Assembly (NCBI GenBank): GCA_964014905.1
Contig: CAXHCG010000001.1
Span: 1 to 38,337 of the forward strand
Source of the DNA: an uncultured Candidatus Poseidoniales archaeon
Lineage (GTDB): Archaea; Thermoplasmatota; Poseidoniia; Poseidoniales; Poseidoniaceae
DNA: 38,337 nucleotides
Direction of reading: 5' to 3'
A program made the translations under genes and the position numbers. How positions within the stretch are numbered: the stretch's first letter is position 1; each line of letters begins with the position of its first letter. Of the stretch, positions 15,582-25,100 are shown in pieces. The notes beneath the pieces were generated by a model. That model did not search any database and was not told where the DNA came from. It saw only the letters and a list, made by a program, of their open reading frames with translations.

Positions 15582-15962
15582 TTAAACAGACTGGGCTTTT
15601 TCCTCGTCGTCGAAGACCACCATTTCGGAGATATCGCCCTCGATGGTGGCGGAAAGGTACGGTTCGTCAAATTCTGCCACATCGTTAATTTCAACCTCGT
15701 CCGCGTTGGTGAACGTCCCGCGTTCTTCGGTGAGCAAGTCGTCGATTTCTGCATCGCTTGCGTCGTATGGAGCCGTTATGTGAAGTTCTGGCACCGCAAC
15801 GGTCTCTTCCTCGTCCAACAGGGACATCGCTTCGGCGGCCTTTGCTGCTTGAACCGCAGCAAACGCTTCGCTGTCATTGGCCGCATCGTCGGCTTGAGCA
15901 TCGACGTCAGGCTTCCTGCCCCCCTGGGAGGGTTTTGATGTGAACCAATCCCTGAGACCCAT
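15582..15962 (-). CDS. hypothetical highly acidic protein (126 aa)
   Basis: ATG start. The protein is very Asp/Glu-rich (DDAANDSEAF..., LLDEEETVAVPE..., MVVFDDEEKAQ). It is the first gene of a co-directional string running 15962 down to 11890. Confidence 0.45.
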   Translation of the reverse strand: MGLRDWFTSKPSQGGRKPDVDAQADDAANDSEAFAAVQAAKAAEAMSLLDEEETVAVPELHITAPYDASDAEIDDLLTEERGTFTNADEVEINDVAEFDEPYLSATIEGDISEMVVFDDEEKAQSV

Positions 15963-15995
15963 GGCAAAGCGAGGAAGTCATGATGTTTGAGAGTG

Positions 15996-16847
15996 ATGTT
16001 CAAAGGGGGTGCCCTACGTTTGTTGTTCATGGCACAGGACTTGTTTGAGGGAGAGAAGGTCTTGGCCTTCGACCTTGAAACAACGGGCGTCTCCACAAAC
16101 AACGACCGCATCGTCCAATATGCCCTCATCGGCACCCTGGGCGATGGGACGCCTGTGAACGTTGAGCAGATCGTCAAACCTCCGATTCGCATACCGCATG
16201 AGGCGAGCAATGTCCACGGCATTTACAACGACGATGTGCGAGATAAGCCACCCCTCTCTGAGGTTGCAGATGAACTTGCAGAACTCATTGACGGAGCAAT
16301 TTTGGTCGGTCATAATGTCCGGAGTTTCGACTACGCCATGCTGAAAACGGAATTTCTTCGAATGGGACGATTGGCCCCTCAGCCAAAAGCCATCATGGAC
16401 ACGCTTGAACTCGTCCGTCGGCTAAGGTTGCCGCGCCCGCACAGGCTCGGAGCGCTTTGTCAGCGCCACGGTATTCAGCTCGAGGCTGCCCACACGGCAG
16501 CCGCCGATGCCGCTGCCACCATGTTGCTCTTCTGGCGGTTGAGCGTGGAACATGCTAGCGCCTTTCGCCGGCCTATCCATGAACTTGAACGGTGGATTGC
16601 TCACGGGGACAGTGCCAAGGACGCCACGGAACTCGGACGCGGCTTGGACGACCTCGTGCCCGTCGACGCCATGGGGAAGATCAGGGAAGACGGAGATGAA
16701 TTGGTGCTCGCCTTCGGACGGCATCGTGGCCGCTATGTTCGGGAGGTTCAGACCAACGACCCGTCCTACATCGGATGGCTGCTCTCACCAAAAGGTCTTG
16801 ATTGCCCAGAAACGCAAGCGAGGATCAAACAACACTTGCGTTCATGA
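15996..16847 (+). CDS. DEDDh 3'-5' exonuclease (DnaQ/ExoX-like) with an ExoX-type C-terminal domain
   Basis: Exo I is LAFDLETTG, Exo II is LVGHNVRSFDYAML, and Exo III is HTAAADAAAT. The C-terminal LAFGRHRGRYVREVQTNDPSYIGWLL resembles the F-G-K-H/Y-K-G motif of ExoX C-terminal/DUF3820 domains. The start is uncertain: TTG 15987, ATG 15996 or ATG 16029. Confidence 0.85.
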   Translation: MFKGGALRLLFMAQDLFEGEKVLAFDLETTGVSTNNDRIVQYALIGTLGDGTPVNVEQIVKPPIRIPHEASNVHGIYNDDVRDKPPLSEVADELAELIDGAILVGHNVRSFDYAMLKTEFLRMGRLAPQPKAIMDTLELVRRLRLPRPHRLGALCQRHGIQLEAAHTAAADAAATMLLFWRLSVEHASAFRRPIHELERWIAHGDSAKDATELGRGLDDLVPVDAMGKIREDGDELVLAFGRHRGRYVREVQTNDPSYIGWLLSPKGLDCPETQARIKQHLRS

Positions 16848-18053
16848 GGTGAGCCGTTCGTAAGGCACGCCGTCCTGAAGAGGAGACCAAGGAAGAATGT
16901 CGCACCAGGGACCAATTCGCCAGGTTCCACGGCCGGTCATGACCGAACCGAGGAACAGAGGGCCGTGATGACCGGTCTGTTGCAACGCTTCAAGCACGTC
17001 TTTGCCTCGACCGTCAAATCGGGCGGAGACCTGATGCCCGATAGGGATGGCCCGCCCGGTCTCGTTCAGAGGTTCACACAATTCAAGAACAGCAGCCCCG
17101 GAGGTGGCTTCGTATCGATGGAGGAGAACCACAGCATCACAAAAATCACCTTGATGCAACGTGCCCGAGTCTTGACGCCACGTCCACCAGTGCGGGCACC
17201 AAGCTTTCCAATCGCAAAACCCTCCGCAGCTGTCTGGCCCGGGCGTGGGGTCCATGGGCATGGTTGTTGGCTGGGTTGCTTCCCAAGCAGCGTAAGCATT
17301 CTCGAGGACACTCCCGCCTTCGGCCGTCCATTTTGAAGCGGTTTTTGTGTACCAACCTTCGGTGCGCACAGGGGGTGCGGAAGGATTGTTGGCCAGCAGG
17401 ATGTCTCGGTACATTCGCAATTGCCGATTCACCTCGGGTTTCAAGGCCTCAGTGGGAGCATGTCCGGTCTTCAAATCCGCCACCAACCAACCCTGCAGCT
17501 GGCCCGCATCGTCAACGTCTGCAAACAGCAGATCGAGGCGACCCAAGAGCCGACCATCACGGGTGACAAGTTCACCTTCAACGGCTATCGTGAGCGATTG
17601 GAGGTGCCGCCAGAGCGCAATTGTTACGTGTTCGTGCCCCAGGTGCTTCGCACCGATGTGGTCCAGAAGAAGAACGACGCCTCCTCTGTGTTGCTTCTTG
17701 GCCTCGCTCCACTTGGCATCTTTCCAATCAGGACGGCGAGGCGTTTCCATGAACACCGCTTTCTCTTCATCCCACCGATTTTTGAGGAAACGCTCCCCGG
17801 TCATTGGAAGCCAACCCGTTTCCTTGCCATCCCGGCCGGTCAGGTCCATGTTGAGCAGGTCCTCGATGGAGGCGTGGACGGCGGTACCCAGCGAAGCGGC
17901 CATGCCGGCCTTTCGAGGAAGGCGTTGGCGACTTAGCCAATACATCCTCGGGCAAGTTTCGTAGCGGTTCCACGCGGATGGAGAGAGTTTGTGCGCCCGT
18001 GGAGGCTGGGCCACGCTCTGTTCCATAGGCTTGAGGTGGGCGCCGTTCATCAT
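16842..18053 (-). CDS. PD-(D/E)XK nuclease with an Fe-S-type Cys cluster (Cas4/RecB/AddB-nuclease-like) plus an extra ~110 aa C-terminal domain
   Basis: An N-terminal Cys lies in LSPSAWNRYETCPRMYWL. The core reads GRLDLLFADVD...WLVADLKTG (D...(D/E)xK). A distal Cys triad lies in DSCGGFCDWKAWCPHW. I trimmed the start to ATG 18053/18050, which is divergent from the PAC2 gene at 18112. Confidence 0.72.
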   Translation of the reverse strand: MMNGAHLKPMEQSVAQPPRAHKLSPSAWNRYETCPRMYWLSRQRLPRKAGMAASLGTAVHASIEDLLNMDLTGRDGKETGWLPMTGERFLKNRWDEEKAVFMETPRRPDWKDAKWSEAKKQHRGGVVLLLDHIGAKHLGHEHVTIALWRHLQSLTIAVEGELVTRDGRLLGRLDLLFADVDDAGQLQGWLVADLKTGHAPTEALKPEVNRQLRMYRDILLANNPSAPPVRTEGWYTKTASKWTAEGGSVLENAYAAWEATQPTTMPMDPTPGPDSCGGFCDWKAWCPHWWTWRQDSGTLHQGDFCDAVVLLHRYEATSGAAVLELCEPLNETGRAIPIGHQVSARFDGRGKDVLEALQQTGHHGPLFLGSVMTGRGTWRIGPWCDILPWSPLQDGVPYERLTS

Positions 18054-18111
18054 GAAGGTTTGGTGCCCGAGCGGGGAAAGTGTTGAAGGGCATCGGGTCC
18101 CACCAAGGACC

Positions 18112-18915
18112 ATGGATGCCCCAAGCCTACGCATCAACGCCCTCATCGAACACGAAAATGCCATGGTCATCGCCTGCTTTCCAAGCGTGGGGATGGTCTC
18201 AAGCATCGTCGCTCACTACCTGATTGACCACCTCGATCTGGAGTTTGTTGGAGGGTTGGTTGACGACCGGCTACCTGCGCTGGCGATGATCAACCAAGGC
18301 GTTCCTCTTCCCCCCATTCGAGCCTACGCCGGAAAACCAAAGTGCAGCATTGAGGGCTGCGACCAAGTCATTCTTTTGATGAGTGAAATGGTGGTGCCCG
18401 AAGCCCTGGTTCACAAAATTGTCTGGGCGCTCTTTGAGTGGTCCAAAGAACATCAGGTGGTCGCCGGTGTGGTGGTGGATGCGTTTGCCAAAGGTGGCAT
18501 GAAAAGCGGCATGGACGGCGTTGACCCCGTGGTGGAATACGAAGACACCGAAGCCATCGACGTGGTCGGTATCGGGTGCAATGAAACCGTTCGTTCGATG
18601 CTCAAGGACATGGACATCCCGCTGCTTGAAACCGGTGTGATTCGTGGCATGAACGCCGGCATCCTCAGTGAAGCCTCCCGTCGAGGACTTGGTACGATGT
18701 CCATCATGGTGGAGGCAGACCCACGCTTCCCAGACGCCCGCGCCGCCGCCGCCTTGATTGAGAAGCTCAACACCCTCTTGCCCACGATTGACCTTCCTCA
18801 AGAGCCGTTGCTCGCTGAAGCCGAACTGCTTGAAGCCCAAATTAGTGCCTTGATGGAGTCCGCAGGTGAATCCCAAAAGAGCAGTCCAGCATCAAACGCC
18901 ATGCTCTACGGTTGA
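18112..18915 (+). CDS. PAC2-family protein (archaeal proteasome assembly chaperone PbaA/PbaB-like) with a C-terminal HbYX motif
   Basis: Translation shows MDAPSLRINALIEHENAMVIACFPSVGMVSSIVAHYLIDHLDLEFVGGLVDDRLPALAMINQGVPLPPIRAY, the PAC2 core. It ends ...SNAMLYG, i.e. hydrophobic-Tyr-X. The start is the ATG at 18112, because the ORF-track extension overlaps the divergent nuclease gene. Confidence 0.78.
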   Translation: MDAPSLRINALIEHENAMVIACFPSVGMVSSIVAHYLIDHLDLEFVGGLVDDRLPALAMINQGVPLPPIRAYAGKPKCSIEGCDQVILLMSEMVVPEALVHKIVWALFEWSKEHQVVAGVVVDAFAKGGMKSGMDGVDPVVEYEDTEAIDVVGIGCNETVRSMLKDMDIPLLETGVIRGMNAGILSEASRRGLGTMSIMVEADPRFPDARAAAALIEKLNTLLPTIDLPQEPLLAEAELLEAQISALMESAGESQKSSPASNAMLYG

Positions 18916-18919
18916 CGAT

Positions 18920-21151
<2,232 letters not shown>

Positions 21152-21580
21152 TCAATTGAATTTGAGCGCTACAAATTCGCTGTTCTCAAGCGGGCACCGC
21201 GTCATGATGGCGTGGGTTAAAATTCGCATGTGAATTTCAGCAACAACGTGAACGGTGGCGGAAAACATGTGCCCGGCGTGGGGTTTGAGGTCATCATCGG
21301 AAAAGGTGGCGTGAATGTGCGTAAAGGCTTCACCGGTTTCCCGGCGAGCAAGGTTGCCCTGAAGGGTCACGAGTTCAGTAGCGTCCTGAAGGGTGACACG
21401 GTGGTAAACGTGATCGTCGTCCATGTACCCGTAGGTGCTTTCTCGAGTTCGGCCAATGCCGCTGGTGATGGCAGCAGCATCGAAGCCAACCTCGTCAGCA
21501 AGCGCCTGGATTGATGCGTGAATTTCCTCGCCCGGGTCCAGACGAACGAAGAGGTCATCGTTACTTCTTGTCCACTCCAT
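21152..21580 (-). CDS. PPC/DUF296-domain protein
   Basis: 142 aa from the ATG at 21580. The sequence DLFVRLDPGEEIHASIQALADEVGFDAAAITSGIGRTRESTYGY...LVTLQGNLARRETGEAFTHIHATFSDDD...GHM matches the DUF296 (PPC) layout. The ORF-track extension to 21940 overlaps the upstream membrane-protein gene and was rejected. Confidence 0.7.
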   Translation of the reverse strand: MEWTRSNDDLFVRLDPGEEIHASIQALADEVGFDAAAITSGIGRTRESTYGYMDDDHVYHRVTLQDATELVTLQGNLARRETGEAFTHIHATFSDDDLKPHAGHMFSATVHVVAEIHMRILTHAIMTRCPLENSEFVALKFN

Positions 21581-21617
21581 GCACATCGGCTGGCACGGTG
21601 GGCCAAGAGGTTGCCGT

Positions 21618-22172
21618 TCACTCGTTTTCCACCGGGTTGAGTGTTCCACGGCGAGCTTGCTCCATGGCTTTGATGTATTCTCGGGCCACACCCAGTGAAT
21701 CGGGCGCCCCACCCAGAGGCAGCGGGCCAAACGGCCCCCATCCATTGCGCAAGAGCATAATGCGTCGCTTTGGTTGACGCTTGGCCAGCCTGAGGCGTTC
21801 CCAAGCGTACCGCTGACCGTCAGCAAACAAGTGGGTCGAAGTGATGGCGTACCGTTTCGGGATGAGCAGAGAAATGAGGTGAAGCCCAAGGAACACGTCC
21901 CAGAGAATGGCATAGATGATGGGGGTGTTGCTGGCCTCAAGAAGCGCCCACGGCAGCACCATCATGGCCGCCATGGAACCAAGGTTCCCCCACTGACGAA
22001 CCATCTCATGAACGCCTTCACTTTCCCAAGCAAAACCGCCTCCGGGAAGTTGGCCCAACTTCGGTACGTCTCGGCGTTGCTTGGTCAGCCAATAGGCGTC
22101 CCATGCTACAATTCCTGCAAGAACGGCAACGGCGAGCGTTGCTACATTCTCGGCCGAGGGGAGGTCAACCAT
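21618..22172 (-). CDS. hypothetical membrane protein (2-3 TM segments followed by a small soluble domain, possibly bPH/DUF304-like)
   Basis: The ATG at 22172 lies just after the stop of gene B at 22183. Hydrophobic segments are ATLAVAVLAGIVAWDAYWL and MAAMMVLPWALL...IIYAILWDVFLGLHLISLLI, followed by KRYAITSTHLFADGQRYAWERL. The family call is weak. Confidence 0.5.
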   Translation of the reverse strand: MVDLPSAENVATLAVAVLAGIVAWDAYWLTKQRRDVPKLGQLPGGGFAWESEGVHEMVRQWGNLGSMAAMMVLPWALLEASNTPIIYAILWDVFLGLHLISLLIPKRYAITSTHLFADGQRYAWERLRLAKRQPKRRIMLLRNGWGPFGPLPLGGAPDSLGVAREYIKAMEQARRGTLNPVENE

Positions 22173-22182
22173 CCTTTCACGC

Positions 22183-25100
22183 TCACAAATGCTTCTCGTC
22201 AAGCGAAGTCAAATCGCCAGGTCCGCCGCGTCGTAGCCGTGCAAAGAACATCAACACCACGACGACAAAGAGGGCGAGGACAACCATGAGCCCGTTCACG
22301 TTCACGTCGTCATCGCTGTACTCGACGCCTTCCAGCAGATCGGGCGTTCCGTCGCCATCGTCGTCCATGTCCTCGGTGAGCCAACTGGAATACCCTTCAG
22401 GGCAATCCAGGTCGTCGGGTTGCGTGTCGCCGTCCGTATCGATTTGCGCACATGGATCAAGCGGGAAGGCATCCTTTGAATCGCTGAAACCATCGTTGTC
22501 ATCGTCTTCATCGTAGATGTTCGGGCCGCACGATTTGCCCGTGTTTGGGTCAAACCACGTGGTGGCTGAACAAGATGCAGACCAGTCATTGTCCGTGTCC
22601 AGAAGCGTGTATTCAAAGTCCATCGAGGCGGATGCTGCCAAGCCAAATGAATCGGTTACGGTCACCTCAACGATGTAGAAGCCGGCCGTCAGATCCGTAA
22701 TGTTGTACACCGGTTCGTCGCCTCCTTGGAGCACCGTGTTTCCCTGCATGTCGTAAATGCGCCAAGAAAGAACAAGTTCTGCCAGACCGTCCATGTCGTC
22801 GCTGTAGGAAGCAGATGCTCGGAGAGAATCGCCCTCCATAACCCGCTGTCCGGCATACGGTTCCAGAAGTTCTGCTGCAGGGGCCTGATTCACCAAGACG
22901 TTGATGACCAACACAGCGGAAGAGGTGGTGGGTGAATCAACCACCAGCTGGGCCACGGGTGAGCCCGTGACGGTCGCTTGGACAGCCCATTGATTCGCCA
23001 CGCCTTCCGAGTCCTCGATGACGGTTCGTAAAAGCAATTCAACATCAACGGTCGTCCCTTCAACCGAGAACGGTGAGAGCAAATCGTCTCCGTAACTCAC
23101 GTCGAACAGAGCTGGAACCGGCAGCCCATTCTTTCTCGCATCCAGCGTGACGGTCCTGAAGGCGGAATATTCCCCGCCTTCGCCAACCGTCACTGAACCC
23201 ACTTGCCCGTCCACAGAATGAACGGTGGTTTGGGCGAGGTCCAACGCTCCAATCAATTGGCTCGATTCGAGGCGCACCGGATAGGACTCCGTGGCCAGAG
23301 CGCTTGAGACCATGACGTGGGCCTCGCGCAGAATGAGCGGCGCGCTGATTTCTCCGAGGTCGGAATGAAGGGATACACCAACACTGTACCCTGAAACGTT
23401 GAGCCGATCAACAACGAGGCTATCGGCAGAACGTCCGTGATGGGTGGTAAAGGCCGTACCGACGCCGTCGCCGTTGAGGGTAATGTCTGAGAACAGGCCT
23501 GAGGTGCGGTCAACATCGATGGCTGGGGCGCCGTTCAGCACGATGCGTTCGAGCGTGATGTCCTCGTTGTTTTCTCCAACAATTCCGCCCTGACCCGTGA
23601 CCTCACCCTCGACATCGCTCAGAAGGAACCCCGCGGAGAGGCTGTTGAGCGAGACGATGGCGCCGCTGCCATCAAACGCCGTGGCGTCAACACCGCTGAC
23701 CGAGCCGGAGACACCGGTCAATTCCATCCCCCAGTCTGTACCTTCGGCCAGGGTGATGGCGTTGAATTGAAGGGGTGTTTGCTGAGCCCAAATGGCCTGT
23801 TCCTCACAGTCGGCAAAGGACACGTTGCTGAAGGTGACAAGCCCCGTGGAAGGGTAGAGATGGGCACAGCCGCTGCCGTTTTGTAAATGGCTGTTGCGAA
23901 GAACAAGTTCGGCTGCGTTTCCAGTCTCGACCACCACAAGAGGGTCGCTCGCAGAGCGAGCGAAAAACACATCGTCGGCTTGGACGGAACCAAGGCCAGA
24001 TACGGTCAGCGCAGGCGCTGATTCAACGAGTTGTGTGCCTGAGAGTTCAACGGCGGCGGCGGTGGATGAACCGAGCATCAAACCGCCCCAACGAGCACCG
24101 TAGCCAGTGGAGGAGAGGGTGGCTTCACCGGCATCAAACACACCGTTCACGGTGATGGTAACTCCTTCTGAAATCCGGAGTGAGACACCGTCTTGAATCG
24201 TCATGGTGGAATCGCTCTGCAAGACGAGCGAACTGTCAAGCGTGTACGGACTCCATTGCCGTTCAAGCACAAGCCACCCAGAGACGTCACCAACGGGCAC
24301 GGTTGACGCCATGAAGGTGTGAGAAAGTGAACGGTTGGTGTCCCACGTGACAAAATCAGAGAAGTTGTTTCGCTGAAGCATCACCGTCTTTGTTCCGCCC
24401 CATGTTTCTCCCGTATCAGTGACCCGTTGAGCAACGGTTTGGGTTGAAAGTTGACCGCTTTCATCCGTCATGGCCACCGCACCTTCAATGGAGATCAGGG
24501 CGTCTTCCACCGGCTCGCCTTTGTCCAAAACAAGCAATTCCAGGGTGGATGAACTGGTGAATTCAGCCCCGGTCAAGGCGAGAACGGTCCCCTCAACACC
24601 GCCACCCAAGACGTCGATTTGACAGCCGGGCTGAACGGTAAGGTCGCCCGTGATGGTGAGGTGTTGAACACTTCGTGCGCTCATGCATCCCCATTGCACG
24701 TTTGCTTCCACCGTCAACGATCCCGATTCAGCCCCGGTAAGGAGACTCTGACCACTCGCCTGAACGCTATCGGCTGCGATGCTTGCCGCTTCACCGATGA
24801 GTTGGCCCGTCCCTTCGATTGAGATCGTATGGCCCTGAGAAAGAATCACGTTCGACGAAACAAGCGTCAAAACAGCGTTGTTGGCCACCGTGAGATCGCC
24901 TGAAAGTTGGTGTGGTTGGCCATCTGGCCGAGGGCCAAGAACAACATCTTGTCCTGAACTGATGGTCCAATCGCCCACGGGAATAACGGGAATTTGAACG
25001 GATTGACCCGTTTGTCCACCGTACAAAGTGACGCGTGTTCCAGCGCCCTCCAAGGTGACATCAACAACCGACCCACCGCTGACCAGCGGAAGCGTAAGCG

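Noticed and set aside
11780-15962. Integrated mobile element or genomic island at tRNA-Arg.
   Set aside because: No integrase, transposase or phage-like gene is present. I could not find a repeat of the tRNA 3' half elsewhere by eye, and the genes are packed like their neighbours. I kept this only as a low-interest item to check by comparative genomics.
17347-17964. 205-aa and 171-aa plus-strand ORFs opposite the Cas4-like nuclease.
   Set aside because: They are Arg/Ser/Pro-rich antisense translations. The minus-strand frame carries the PD-(D/E)XK and Cys-cluster motifs.
21581-21940. N-terminal ORF-track extensions created by GTG/TTG or distant ATG starts: 21152..21940, 14345..15754, 4421..5311, 17989..18111, 16842..18206, 28135..28608 and 18920..21148.
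   Set aside because: Each extension overlaps the neighbouring gene, adds sequence with odd Arg/Ser/Pro/Cys-rich composition, and precedes an internal ATG that gives a canonical family N-terminus or signal peptide.
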